Notes: generated by a model not told the origin, from the letters alone. A stretch of DNA of 64,000 bases from an uncultured Gemmatimonadaceae bacterium (GCA_963751275.1 CAVVTZ010000007.1:800001-864000), one strand, 5' to 3'; positions 40,257 to 51,266 are shown, counted from the stretch's first letter. A program made the numbers and translations.

Positions 40257-42077
40257 TCAGGCCGTTCTCCGCCGCAGCCGCCGCATCCTCCGCCGAAAGA
40301 GCCGCAACTGCGCGACCACCTGGCCCGCCTCGCGCACCTGCTCGTCGTCGCGCAGTTCGCTCCAGGCGGTCGCGATCGCCGCGCCGTCGATCATCCCGAG
40401 CAGCTTCTCCGGCTCCTTGCGGCTCACCACCGGCAGCTGCTTGACACCGTGCGACAGCATCGTGCTCATGGCCTCATCCAACAGCTCCTCCGGATGCGCG
40501 ACCACAAGGCGCAATGTGCCCACCTCGAGCGCGGTCGGCTCGGCGTCGTGCGAAGCCGCGGCCGCGCGCGACAGATCGCCCCGCGTGAGGATGCCGGCGA
40601 GCGCGCCTTGGTCCGTCACGAGGGGCCACGCGTGCACCCGGCTCAGCACCGGATCCTCGTGCAGCAGGCGGCGGAGGAGGGCGTCGATGTGCATCGCGGC
40701 CGGGACCACGGTGTCCGCCGGGCGCATCACGTCCTCGACGCGGAAGAGCGCGAGCGGGTTGACGGCGTACTCGCGCAGCACGTGATGCCCGCGCCGCGCG
40801 ACCTTCTCGGTGAGGATCGATCGCCGCATGATGAGCACGGTGACGGCGTGCGCGGCGGCGCACGCGAGCAGCAGTCCGCCGATGAGATTGATGTCGTGCG
40901 TGAGTTCGAGCAGGAACACGATGGCAGTGAGCGGCGATCGCATCGTGCCGCCCATCACGGCCGCCATGCTGATGATCGCCCAGACTCCCGGATCGCCGCC
41001 CGGCAGCACGGGGGCCTCGAGCGCGCCGAGCGCGCCGCCCATGATCAGCAATGGCGCGAGCACGCCGCCGGACGTGCCCGAGCCGAGCGCCACGGCCCAC
41101 ATGATCGCCTTCGCGATGAGGAGCGCGAGCACGACGCCCCCAACGAGATTCCCCGCGAAGAGATCGCGGATCACGTCGTAGCCGACGCCGAGCGCGCGCG
41201 GCGCGATGAGGCCGCCCACGCCGACCACGATCCCGCCGATCGCCGGCCACCACATCCAGTGGATGGGCAATTTCATGAAGCCGTCCTCGCACGCGTAGAC
41301 GAGCGCGGTGAGCAGCGCGGCGGCCAGTCCCGCCGCGACGCCCACGACGAGCGCGGCGCCGAGCCCCCCAGCGGGGAGCGCATCGTGCTGTGCACGGGGA
41401 AGACCGCGCCCGCGCCGAGCAGCGGCACACGCAGTGCGGCGCCGACGGTCGCGGCGATCGCGACCGGCACCAGGCTGCGCGGCTTCCATTCGAACAGCAG
41501 CAGTTCGACGGCGAGCAGCACCGCGGCGACGCGGCGCGGCGAAGATCGCGGCCATGCCGGCGGCGGCGCCGCCACCAGCAGCGTCTTCCGCTCGCTGTTC
41601 GAGAGATGGAACGCCTGCGCGAAGACCGATCCGAGTGCGGCGCCGGTCATGATGATCGGCCCCTCGGCGCCGAACGGTCCGCCCGTGCCGATCGCGATCG
41701 CCGAGGAGAGCGGCTTGAGGATCGCGACTCGCGCGCTCAGGCGGCTCTGCCCGATCAGGATGGATTCCATGCGCCTCGGGGATCCCGTGGCCGCGGATCT
41801 TCTCGGAGCCGTATCGTGCCAGGACCCCGATGATCAGCCCGCCCACCACCGGCACGCCGACGGCCCACAGGCCGAGGTGATTGCCGCCGGGCGTGAGGTC
41901 GGTGGCGGCGAAGCGGTGGAAGTACGCGATGGACGTGATGAGCGCGATCAGCCGGACCAGCACGGCCGCCGCGAGCGCGCCCATCGCGCCGATGACCGCT
42001 GCCATCGCCGCGATGAGCAGCATGCGCGGGCGGGCGGTGAAGTCGCCGAGCCGGTCGCGGGCGTGGGAGACGGACAT
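40257..42077 (-). CDS. ClC chloride channel family protein with CBS domains (several frameshifts at 41380-41770)
   Basis: GHGIPE, GGPFGAEGP, GTSGGVLAP, tandem CBS. Confidence 0.85.
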   Translation of the reverse strand: MSVSHARDRLGDFTARPRMLLIAAMAAVIGAMGALAAAVLVRLIALITSIAYFHRFAATDLTPGGNHLGLWAVGVPVVGGLIIGVLARYGSEKIRGHGIPEAHGIHPDRAEPPERASRDPQAALLGDRDRHGRTVRRRGADHHDRRRTRIGLRAGVPSLEQRAEDAAGGGAAAGMAAIFAAPRRRGAARRRTAAVRMEAAQPGAGRDRRDRRRRTACAAARRGRGLPRAQHDALPAGGLGAALVVGVAAGLAAALLTALVYACEDGFMKLPIHWMWWPAIGGIVVGVGGLIAPRALGVGYDVIRDLFAGNLVGGVVLALLIAKAIMWAVALGSGTSGGVLAPLLIMGGALGALEAPVLPGGDPGVWAIISMAAVMGGTMRSPLTAIVFLLELTHDINLIGGLLLACAAAHAVTVLIMRRSILTEKVARRGHHVLREYAVNPLALFRVEDVMRPADTVVPAAMHIDALLRRLLHEDPVLSRVHAWPLVTDQGALAGILTRGDLSRAAAASHDAEPTALEVGTLRLVVAHPEELLDEAMSTMLSHGVKQLPVVSRKEPEKLLGMIDGAAIATAWSELRDDEQVREAGQVVAQLRLFRRRMRRLRRRTA

Positions 42078-42586
42078 CAGCGTACGGGGCGCCGCTTGCG
42101 CGGCTCCTCGAACATCAGTGCGGGCTCGCGCGGAGCGAGTTTCATCGTGCGGGCGAGCGCGGCGAGGCCGCGGGCGAGCGCCCGGGCCTGGGCGGGGGTG
42201 AGGCGCTCGATTCCCAGGACAAGCTGTGCCAGCGGCGGCGCCGGCGCATGCCGCACCAGCTGCCGGCCCGCGGAGGTGACCGTGACGAGCACGCGCCGGC
42301 GATCGGTGGACGCTCGCACTTTCGAGACGAGGCGGCTGGCGACGAGGCGGTTCACCACCGTGGACACGGTGCTCTGGTCCGTGCGCGCGCGCTCGGCGAG
42401 CGCGTTCACCGTGAGCGGCCCCTCCTCGGAGAGGCGCTGGAGCAGGAAGAGCTGGGCGTTCGTGATGCCGGTGCGGTGCTCCACCGTTCGGGCGGAGCGC
42501 CGGAGCGTGTCCACGAGCAGGCGGAGGTGGGCGAGCGATCGCATCCGGTCGGCGCGGAGGGCAGGGGAGGCGGGGGAACGTTTCAC
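42077..42586 (-). CDS. MarR family transcriptional regulator; start uncertain (42586 or 42544)
   Basis: GITNAQL, DQSTVSTVVNRL, DRRRVLVTVTSAG. Confidence 0.85.
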   Translation of the reverse strand: MKRSPASPALRADRMRSLAHLRLLVDTLRRSARTVEHRTGITNAQLFLLQRLSEEGPLTVNALAERARTDQSTVSTVVNRLVASRLVSKVRASTDRRRVLVTVTSAGRQLVRHAPAPPLAQLVLGIERLTPAQARALARGLAALARTMKLAPREPALMFEEPRKRRPVR

Positions 42587-42625
42587 GCGAGCAGGTGTCG
42601 GAATGGTAATGAGCGCCGGGGCGAC

Positions 42626-42649
42626 ATATATATTGACATCAATATATAT
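42626..42649. promoter_or_regulatory. Palindromic operator candidate between marR and pal-like genes
   Basis: ATATATATTGA-CA-TCAATATATAT perfect 11-2-11 inverted repeat containing TTGACA. Confidence 0.65.
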
Positions 42650-42714
42650 ATATTCCTGTGCGCCGGCCGGCCACCGCCGGCATCCGCCTTCACCCCCAGA
42701 GGAGGTCGATCCCC

Positions 42715-43302
42715 ATGATCCGCCATGACTCCCGCGCCGCGCTGCGGCTTGCCGCGCTCACCATCCTGTGCGCCGGCGGCGCCGCGTGCGCGCATCACCC
42801 GCCGCCGCAGCTGGCCGCCACACCGGCGCCGGCGCCCGCGGCGACACCGAAGCACTCCACGGCGTGGGAGGACTCGGTGGTCCTCGCGAAGATGGCCGCC
42901 GACCGGCACGCCGCCGAGATCGCCCGCGCCGCCGCACGCGACACGCTCAGCATGATGACCTTCTTCTCCTTCGATCAAGCCGTGCTCTCGGATCAGGACC
43001 GCGCCCTGCTCGATGCGAAACTCGCGATCCTGCAGGCGCATCCCGACCTGCAGATCCGTATCGCCGGCGACGCTGATGACCGCGGGTCCGAGGAGTACAA
43101 CCTCGCGCTCGGCCAGCGTCGTGCCGCGGCCGCCAAACGGTACCTGGTGGACCACGGCATCAGCGATTCGCGCATCCAGATCGTCAGCTACGGGCTGGAA
43201 CGCCCGGTGGCGAAGGGCGAGACGGAGCAGGCGTGGGCGATGAACCGGAACGACCAGTTCCTGGTGATCGCGGGGCAGTTGGGCGGGAGCGGGACCGACT
43301 GA
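42715..43302 (+). CDS. Pal/OmpA-family peptidoglycan-associated lipoprotein
   Basis: Lipobox AAC; FSFDQA, DDRGSEEYNLALGQRRA, VSYGLERP, NRND. Confidence 0.88.
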   Translation: MIRHDSRAALRLAALTILCAGGAACAHHPPPQLAATPAPAPAATPKHSTAWEDSVVLAKMAADRHAAEIARAAARDTLSMMTFFSFDQAVLSDQDRALLDAKLAILQAHPDLQIRIAGDADDRGSEEYNLALGQRRAAAAKRYLVDHGISDSRIQIVSYGLERPVAKGETEQAWAMNRNDQFLVIAGQLGGSGTD

Positions 43303-43315
43303 GCAATCCCGCAAT

Positions 43316-43354
43316 GACGAAGGCCGCCCCCAACGGGGGCGGCCTTCGTCGTTT
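43316..43354. terminator. Intrinsic terminator between the pal-like gene and tRNA-Asn
   Basis: GACGAAGGCCGCCCCC-AAC-GGGGGCGGCCTTCGTC followed by GTTT. Confidence 0.75.
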
Positions 43355-43366
43355 CCGTGCTGTGAG

Positions 43367-43440
43367 CTCCCGAGGAGGGACTCGAACCCCCGACCTAGTG
43401 ATTAACAGTCACCCGCTCTGACCAGCTGAGCTACTCGGGA
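43367..43440 (-). tRNA. tRNA-Asn(GTT)
   Basis: TCCCGAG/CTCGGGA acceptor stem, GTGA-CTGTTAA-TCAC anticodon arm, GGTTCGAGTCC T-arm; CCA not encoded. Confidence 0.97.
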
Positions 43441-43476
43441 TTGGGAGGGGAAGTCTAGTCGCGAACAAGGGCGAAA

Positions 43477-46381
43477 TCAAGAAAAACGGGCGTCAACTGG
43501 CGACTGGCGACTGTTGCCAACGGGTCGAGTTTCGCGCGGCGGAATCGGCTTTGAGTCCAACACAGTGCGCAGCCAGCGGCCGGTGTGGGAGGTCTCGACC
43601 AAGGCCACCTCTTCCGGGCGGCCCATCGCGACGACGTTCCCGCCGCCGGCGCCGGCTTCGGGGCCGAGGTCAATGACCCAATCGGCCAACTTGATCACGT
43701 CCAGGTTGTGCTCGATCACGACCAGCGTGTGGCCGTGGTCCACCAGACGCTCGAAGACGCGCGCGAGTTTCTTGATGTCGTCCAGGTGAAGTCCGGTAGT
43801 GGGCTCATCCATGATGTACAGTTTGCGCCCCTGCGCGCGGCCGCTCGTCGCGAGTTCGCGCGCGATCTTTATTCGCTGGCTCTCGCCGCCGCTGAGCGTC
43901 GGTGCGGGCTGGCCGAGGCGCAGGTAGCCGAGTCCCACCTGCTGCAGCTGCCAGAGTGCCTGGCCGAGCTTCTCCTCGCGCGGGAAGAAGCGGATCGCTT
44001 CGTCCACCGTGAGCTGCAGGATGTCGTAGATGTTGCGGCCGTTCACCTTCACTTCGAGGACACTCGGCTTGAAGCGTTTGCCGCCGCATTCATCGCACGG
44101 CACGTAGACGTCGGCCATGAAGACCATCTCGATCTGGATCTGGCCGGCGCCCTCGCACACGTCGCAGCGGCCGCCTTTCACGTTGAAGCTGAAGGTGCCG
44201 GCGCTGAAGCGTTTCTGTCGGCTGAGCGGCTGCGCGGCGAAGATGCGGCGCACTTCGTCCCAGGCCTTCACGTAGGTGACGGGATTCGAGCGCGGGCTTT
44301 TGCCGATGGGGCTCTGATCGACGAGCACGACATCTTCGAGCGTCTCCCAGCCGGTGATGCTGCCGAATGCGCCGATGATCTCGCCGAGGTGCTGCTTGGC
44401 GGTGCTCTCGCCGCGCAGGCGATTCTCGAGGGCGCGATAGAGGACGTCGTGGATCAAGGTGCTCTTGCCGCTGCCGCTGACGCCGGTGACCACGGTCATC
44501 GCGTTGAGCGGGAACTTCGCGGTCACATCCTTCAAGTTGTGTTCACGCGCACCGCTCACGGTGAGCCAGGAGCGAAGTGGGGCTCGGGAGTCGGGAGTCG
44601 GGATTCGCTCTTGGCCGCTGAGATACTTTCCGGTGAGCGGGCTCTGCGCGGCGTCGGAGATCGGGCCGGAAAAAACAACCCTTCCTCCGTTCTCACCGCT
44701 GCCGGGGCCGAGTTCCACCATGTGGTCGGCGGCGCGGATCGCTTCGAGGTCGTGCTCGACCACGATCACGGTGTTGCCATCATCGCGCAGGCGGGCGAGC
44801 AGCTTCAGCAGGCGGCTCACGTCGCGCGGATGGAGGCCGATGCTCGGCTCGTCGAGCACGTACAGTGCGTCCACGAGATGCGCGCCGAGGGAGTTCGCGA
44901 GGGCGATGCGCTGCGCCTCGCCGCCGGAGAGCGTGCGCGTGGCGCGGTCGAGCGACAGGTAGCCGAGTCCGACGTCCACGAGGAAGCGCGTGCGGGCGCG
45001 CGCTTCGCGCAGGATGTGCGTCGCGATCTGCTGCTCGAAGTCGGAGAGCTTGAGAGCCGGTGATCCACGCATCGAGCGCGTCCACCGGCAGCGCGCTGAT
45101 CTCCGCGATGTTCTTGCCGGCGACGCGCACATTGAGCGCGGCGGGCTGCAGGCGCGCGCCGTGACAATCGCGGCAGACCTGGGCGAGCTGGTATTGGCGG
45201 AGGAAGACGCGGATGTACTGCTTGTATTTCTTGGGCGCGAGATCCTCGAGGAAGGGGATGATCCCCTTGTAGCCGCGCGTGCGGGCGTGGAAGAGCTGGC
45301 GGCGCTGATCGGCGGTGAGATCGCGCCAGGGCGTATCGAAGGGGATGCTCTCCTTCTTGGCGAAGGCGGCGAGGGCGGCGCGCCGGCCGTCGTAGCGCGG
45401 CTTGGTCCACGGATCGATCGCGCCGTCGCGCAGCGTGCGCTCGGGGTGGGGGACGATGAGTTGCTCGTCGTACTCGAGGGTGGCGCCGAAGCCGTTGCAG
45501 GTGGGGCAGGCGCCTCGCGGATTGTTGAAGCTGAATAGTTGAGGTGAGGGGGTGGGAGCCTTTCCGTGGCCCTCGGGACACTCGAAGTGAGTGGTGAACC
45601 GAATACGACTGCCGGCTGTCGGCTGGCGGCTGTCGGTGCCAGCCGCAACGACGAGTGCCATCGCGTCGCCGTCGCCTTCGGCGAAGGCGGTGCTCAGGGC
45701 GTCGGCGAGGCGGCGGGTCGTGTCTTGGAGTGTGGCAGGATCAGTCGGCACCTGCAAACGGTCCACCACGATCAACAGTTCCTTCGCGGCGGTGAGGTCG
45801 TCGGTCTCGGTCAGCTCATCGAGGTGCTTCAGGGCGCCGTCCTGCACGACGCGCACGAAGCCCTGGGCGCGGAGGCCCTCCACCACCTGGGCGTGTGTCA
45901 CCTGGTCGCTCAGGCGCAGGGGGAACGCGATCGAGAAGCGCGTGCCGGGGTCGAGCGTGAGCAGGCGATCGGTGACGGTCTGGACGCTGTCGGGCTTCAG
46001 TTCGCGGCCGCAGACGGCGCAGTACGTGTGCCCCGTGCGCGCCCACAGGAGGCGCAGGAAGTCATAGATCTCGGTGGCGGTGCCGACGGTGGAACGCGAG
46101 GTGCGCGTCGGGTTCTTCTGTTCGATGGCGACGGCGGGGGAGAGGCCGTCAATGAAATCGACGTCGGGCTTCTCCATGCGCTCCAGGAACTGGCGCGCGT
46201 ACGCCGAGAGCGACTCGACGTAACGCCGCTGCCCCTCGGCGTAGATCGTGTCGAAGGCGAGCGAGCTCTTGCCCGACCCGGACGGCCCGGTGATGACCGT
46301 GATCGCGCGCCGGGGGATGTCGACGCTGATCCCCTGGAGGTTGTGCTGGCGCGCGCCGCGGATGATCAGGTGGGACTTCAT
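43477..46381 (-). CDS. uvrA: Excinuclease ABC subunit A (frameshift near 45055)
   Basis: GARQHNL, GPSGSGKSSLAFDTIYAEGQRRY, LSGGEAQRI, GVSGSGKST, zinc fingers, DEPTTGLH. Confidence 0.93.
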
Positions 46382-46393
46382 GCTTTCAAGTTA

Positions 46394-46479
46394 ACTACAG
46401 ACTTGGACTCTAGACTTAGACTTAGAAGGCGGGAAAAGGCGGTAGTCTAAAGTCTCAGTCTAGAGTCCAAGTCTGTAGT
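46394..46479. repeat. Palindrome built of AGACT(T)-type short repeats
   Basis: ACTACAGACTTGGACTCTAGACT / AGTCTAGAGTCCAAGTCTGTAGT perfect 23-bp arms. Confidence 0.8.
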
Positions 46480-46570
46480 ACAGGCTCCTTGCCGTGAGCT
46501 ACGCCGACAAATAGTTTCGAGTTGCGGCGCGCGCCCCCCGGGTGCGCGCTTTCACGCCTGCCTGGTGCTG

Positions 46571-47839
46571 ATGCCGTATATCAAGCTCGAGGGACAGCAA
46601 TTTCCACTGGTCGCCGGCGAGAATGCCGTCGGCACGGGGAGCGACGCCCAGATCCGGCTGGCCGGGGGCGGCGCGGCGGGCGTGTTCGCGCGGGTGGTGG
46701 TGGGCGCGGACGGTGAGGCGGTGGTGTGGCGCGGCGGCAATGAGGCGGTGAAGGTGAATGGCGTCGCGCTCGGTGCGGAACCGTCGCCCTTGCTGCACGG
46801 CGACCGGATCGAGATCGGGGGGCGGGAGCTCTTCTTCGGCGATGACAGGAAGGCGGGGAACACGCAGTACGTTCCCAACGTGAAGCTCCCGACGCCGGGA
46901 GCTTCTGTTCCAATGGCCGCGCACAAGCCGACGGCGGCGACCGGCGGCCGGCTGATCTCCCTCATGGATGGACGCGAGTACGCGGTGCCGGTGGGCGGGC
47001 TGGTGCTTGGCCGCGATCCGACGTGCGACGTCGTCGTGAGTTCCACCGACGTGTCGCGCAAGCACGCGGTGATCGGCTCGTCGCCCGACGGCTACGTGCT
47101 GACGGACACGAGCACCAACGGCGTGACGGTGAACGGCGCGCGGATCACCGCGCCGGTGCGGCTGGGCAAGGGCGATCTGATCGTGGTGGGGACGGAGGAA
47201 TTCCGGTTCCACGCCGACAATCTCGCGCCGTCGGCGGGGCCGCGGGTGGTCGCGGCGGCGGAGCGCACCGTGCTCGGCACGCTCGCGGTGACCAGCTCGG
47301 GCGTGCTCAACGGGAAGTCGTTCGAAGTGCGCTCGCCGCTCACGCACATCGGGCGCGGCGCGCACAACGACATCGTGATCGCGGACGAGAGCATCTCCGA
47401 CTCGCACGTGAAGCTGCAGCGGCGCGAGTCCGGATGGTGGGTGGTGGACATGGATTCGACGAACGGCACCTACGTGGGCGGCAAGCGGATCAACGGCGAG
47501 CAGCAATTGGTGGGTGCGCCGGACCTGCGCCTGGGCGGTGTGAAGTTCATCTTTCGGGCATCCGAGGCGGAGGCGGGCGGCGCGGGTCAGACGCGCGCGA
47601 TCGCGGCGCTCAAGCCCGGTGAAGGGAAGGCGCGGAGTACGGTGAAGCAGCCGCCATCGGCGAAGACACCGTCGCAATCGGCGACGCCGCCGCGCGTGGG
47701 CGCGGTGACGAGCAAGGAACGGACGGAATCGCGGCCGGCGTTGCCGGCGTCGAAGGGACTGCCGGTGGCGATCTGGATCATCGGGGTATTGGCTCTGGGC
47801 GGGCTCGTCCTGTACCTCCTTTCAACCTCAGGTCGCTAG
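46571..47839 (+). CDS. Triple-FHA domain membrane-anchored protein
   Basis: GRDP..SRKH..STNG, GRGA..SDSH..STNGT, degenerate first FHA; C-terminal TM helix. Confidence 0.85.
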   Translation: MPYIKLEGQQFPLVAGENAVGTGSDAQIRLAGGGAAGVFARVVVGADGEAVVWRGGNEAVKVNGVALGAEPSPLLHGDRIEIGGRELFFGDDRKAGNTQYVPNVKLPTPGASVPMAAHKPTAATGGRLISLMDGREYAVPVGGLVLGRDPTCDVVVSSTDVSRKHAVIGSSPDGYVLTDTSTNGVTVNGARITAPVRLGKGDLIVVGTEEFRFHADNLAPSAGPRVVAAAERTVLGTLAVTSSGVLNGKSFEVRSPLTHIGRGAHNDIVIADESISDSHVKLQRRESGWWVVDMDSTNGTYVGGKRINGEQQLVGAPDLRLGGVKFIFRASEAEAGGAGQTRAIAALKPGEGKARSTVKQPPSAKTPSQSATPPRVGAVTSKERTESRPALPASKGLPVAIWIIGVLALGGLVLYLLSTSGR

Positions 47840-47840
47840 C

Positions 47841-48614
47841 GTGCAGCTGGAAGTCGGGCAGGCTACCAACGTCGGGATGATCCGGCCGGGCAACGAGGAC
47901 TCGCTGCACACGGACGTGCGCAACGGACTCTTCGTCGTGGCGGACGGCATGGGCGGCCATGCGGCGGGCGAGGTGGCGAGCGAGATGGCGGTGGGGATCA
48001 TCGCCGATGAGTTGCGGTCGGTGAAGGACATCGACGACAGCGTGATCGCGCAGGTGAACCAGGCGATGAAGCGCGCGAACCTCGCGATCTTCGAGCGCAC
48101 GCTCACCGAGGTGGACAAGCAGGGGATGGGCACCACCGCGTCGGTGCTGCTGCTGCGCGACGGGAAGTATCTCATCGGGCAGGTGGGCGATTCGCGCGTG
48201 TATCTGCTGCGCGAGGGCGTGCTGCACCAGTTGACGAAGGACCACTCGTACGTGCAGGAGCAGGTGGACGCGGGATTCCTGACGCCGGAGCAGGCGCGGT
48301 ACCATCCCTACTCGAACGTGATCACGCGCTGTGTGGGCGCCAGCGCGGATGTGGAGCCCGACACCTACACGGGCCCGGTGAAGCAGGGCGACACGTTCCT
48401 CGTCGCGAGCGATGGCCTCACGGGCATGGTGGACGACCGCCGCCTGCAGGTGCTGCTCAAGGCGCCGGCCAACGCGCAGCGCGTAGTGGATGCGCTGATC
48501 TCCGAGGCGAACGGCCGCGGCGGGCTCGACAACATCACGGCGATCGTGGTGCGGATCGCGAGCATCGACGGGGATAAGGTCATCACCCAAGAGACCGACG
48601 CCGTCACGACGTAG
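47841..48614 (+). CDS. Stp1/IreP PP2C Ser/Thr phosphatase
   Basis: RPGNED, VADGMGGHAAGEVAS, GMGTT, VGDSR, SDGL, GGLDNIT. Confidence 0.93.
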   Translation: MQLEVGQATNVGMIRPGNEDSLHTDVRNGLFVVADGMGGHAAGEVASEMAVGIIADELRSVKDIDDSVIAQVNQAMKRANLAIFERTLTEVDKQGMGTTASVLLLRDGKYLIGQVGDSRVYLLREGVLHQLTKDHSYVQEQVDAGFLTPEQARYHPYSNVITRCVGASADVEPDTYTGPVKQGDTFLVASDGLTGMVDDRRLQVLLKAPANAQRVVDALISEANGRGGLDNITAIVVRIASIDGDKVITQETDAVTT

Positions 48615-48783
48615 ATAACGGCGCGTCTAGGCCCTAGTACCGCTTGAGCAGCGCGTCTGGCAACTGAGCGTATGGTACACCGAAGCGTGAGTCGCGCTGT
48701 TCCTACGCGCGCAGCGGTTTACCATACGCTGCCTTGCCAGACGCGCTGCTCAAGCGGTACTAGAGGCCTAGACGCGCCGTTAT
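48615..48783. repeat. Family A palindrome, copy 9 (GCAACTGAGCGTA variant)
   Basis: ATAACGGCGCGTCTAG / CTAGACGCGCCGTTAT ends. Confidence 0.9.
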
Positions 48784-51043
48784 TTCGTCCCGATCCGTTT
48801 CACCAGATCAGCGTACCTCGGATCCTTCCGCAGGGGCTCGTACGATGGATCGAGATGCAGGTACAGCAGGCCCGCCGACCGGTCCTGGTACGCGCGTTCG
48901 AGCGAGGCGAACGCGCGGTCGAGGTCGCCCATGGCCGCGTAGCCCATGGCGAGGACTTCGCCGCGCACGTACTGCTTCTGCGACTCGTCCTCGAGCCGCG
49001 CGAGAATCGCCTCCGCTTCCTCGCGGCGACCGAGCGCGGCCAACGCGCGCACGATCATCGCGTCGTACGAGCGAACGGGCGTCTCGAGGCCTGCGCGCGC
49101 CGGTACCACGTCGAGCGCCGTCTCGGCGTCGCCCATGCGCGAGGTGCGCCGAGCCGATGTAGAGCGGGGCGCGGAGGAGATCCTCGTCCAGCTCGATCGT
49201 CTTCTCGCCCTGCGCGATCGCCGCGTCGTAGTCCCTGCGCGTACAACAGGAATCGCGCGAGCCACTCGCTGTATGCGACCGAGAGCGGGTCGAGCGAGCA
49301 GCGCCTTGCGCATCGTCTCGATCCCGTCGTCCAGCCGCCCGACGCGAGGCAGCACCGATGCCGAGCACGTAGTGCGCTTCGGCGTAGTTCGGGCTCAGCG
49401 TCACGGCGCGCGCGAGCTGCTGCTCGGCGCTCCGCGAAGTTCCACTCGTGCCAGCACGAGGACCTTGCCGATCGAGGTGATCGCGTCGGCGAGTTCGGGG
49501 TCGCGCTGCAGCGCGCGCTCGGCGGCACGCCTTCGCCCGCGGGTAGGCGTCGTCGGGCGCCACCCAGTCGTCGGCGAGGTTGCACCAGACGTCGGCGATC
49601 CCCGCGTACGCGCGGGCGAAGCGCCGGATCCTGCAGCAGCGCGTGCTGGAAGAGATCGAGCGCCCTGCGCAGCCCGGGCTCCGTGAACTTGTTGAAGAAG
49701 AAGCGGCCCTTCAGGTAGAGCGTTGTACGCCTCGAGATTCTTCGTGGGCGACGACGAGCGGCGCGTCGTCGCCGCGCCAGGCGGAGCTTGAGCGCCTCCA
49801 CGATCGCGCGGGAGATCTCGTCCTGGATGGCGAACACATCCTCGAGCTGCCGGTCGTAGCGTCTCCGACCAGAGGTGATAGCCGTTCTCCACGTTGATCA
49901 GCTGCGCCGTGATGCGGATGCCGGTTGCCCGACCTTGCGCACGCTCCCCTCGAGCACGGACGCCGACGCCGAGCTTCTCGCCGATCTGCCGCACGTCCAC
50001 GTCCTTCCCCTTGAAGGCGAAGGAGCGACGTGCGCGAGGCGACCTGGATGCCGGGCACCTTGGCCGAGCGCGTTGATGATCTCCTCGGTCATGCCGTCGC
50101 TGAAATACTCGTTCTCGGGATCGGCGCTCATGTTCGCGAGCGGAAGCACGGCGATCGCCTTGGGCGCGGCGCTGCTCATGTCGCGGGGTGCGCTGCGGGC
50201 GCGGTGCCGCGTCGCGGCGATGGGCGCAGCGCCTCGGCGAACTCGGCCGCGGTCGGGATACCGGTCCACCGGCGTGCGCGCGAGCGCGCGAGTGACCGCG
50301 TCGTCCACCGCTTCCGGGCACGTCGCGCGTCGTTCGCACCTTGGGGATGGGCGAGACGAACCGCTTCGCGATGATCGCCTGCGGCCGTCGGGCCGGTGAA
50401 CGGCGGCTCGCCGGCCAGCATCTCGTAGAGCACGCAGCCGAGGCTGTAGAGATCGCTGCGGCCGTCGATCCGGCTCTCGCCGCGCGGCCTGCTCCGGGCT
50501 CATGTACGCCGGCGTCCCCATCGCCATGCCGGTCTGCGTGATGCGAGCCCTCGCTGCTCAGCGCCTTGCCGATGCCGAAGTCGGCGACCATCGCCGCGCC
50601 CTCGTGGAGCAGGATGTTCTCCGGCTTGATGTCCCGGTGCACCACGTCGTGGCGGTGCGCGTAGTCGAGCGCCGAGGCGACCTCGCGCGTGATCTGCAGC
50701 GCGTCTCGAGCGGCAGCTGCCGCTCCGCGTCGAGCCGCTCGCGCAGCGAGCGCCCTTCCATGTTCGGCATCACGTAGAAGAGCAGGCCGTCGGCCTCGCC
50801 GGAGTCGAACACCGGCAGGATGTGCGGGTGCGTGAGCCCCGCCGCCATCTTGATCTCGCGCAGGAACCGCTCGGCGCCGATCTCGGCCGAGATCTCGGGG
50901 CGCAGCACCTTCAGCGCCACCTGGCGGTCGTGGCGGAGATCGTGCGCGAGGTACACGATGGCCATGCCGCCCTCGCCGAGCTCGCGGTCGAGGGTGTAAC
51001 GGCCCGCGAGGGCGGGAGAGAGGCGGCTTTGCAGGGGATTCAT
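48780..51043 (-). CDS. Ser/Thr kinase with TolB-like and TPR domains (heavily frameshifted)
   Basis: [47 protein letters not shown], TPRs scattered over three frames. Confidence 0.85.
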
Positions 51044-51066
51044 CGCGCCGTAGAGATGCATCGCCA

Positions 51067-51260
51067 CGCATGACGTGGCGAGTGGCCAGTTCCTGCTGGA
51101 CCAACGAACGGCGACGTTGGACGTTAGCCTGCGTGGAACGTGAGAGTGGGGCTGGTAACGACACGTGTCGTCCCAGCCCCACTCTCAGCATCTACGCAGG
51201 CCCAACGTCCAACGTCGCCGTTCGTTGGTCCAGCAGGAATTCCCTACTCCGTCGTTGCGA
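51067..51260. repeat. Long palindrome, family D
   Basis: TTCCTGCTGGACCAACGAACGGCGACGTTGGACGTT / inverse, inner GAGAGTGGGGCTGG / CCAGCCCCACTCTC. Confidence 0.85.
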
Positions 51261-51266
51261 GAGTCG

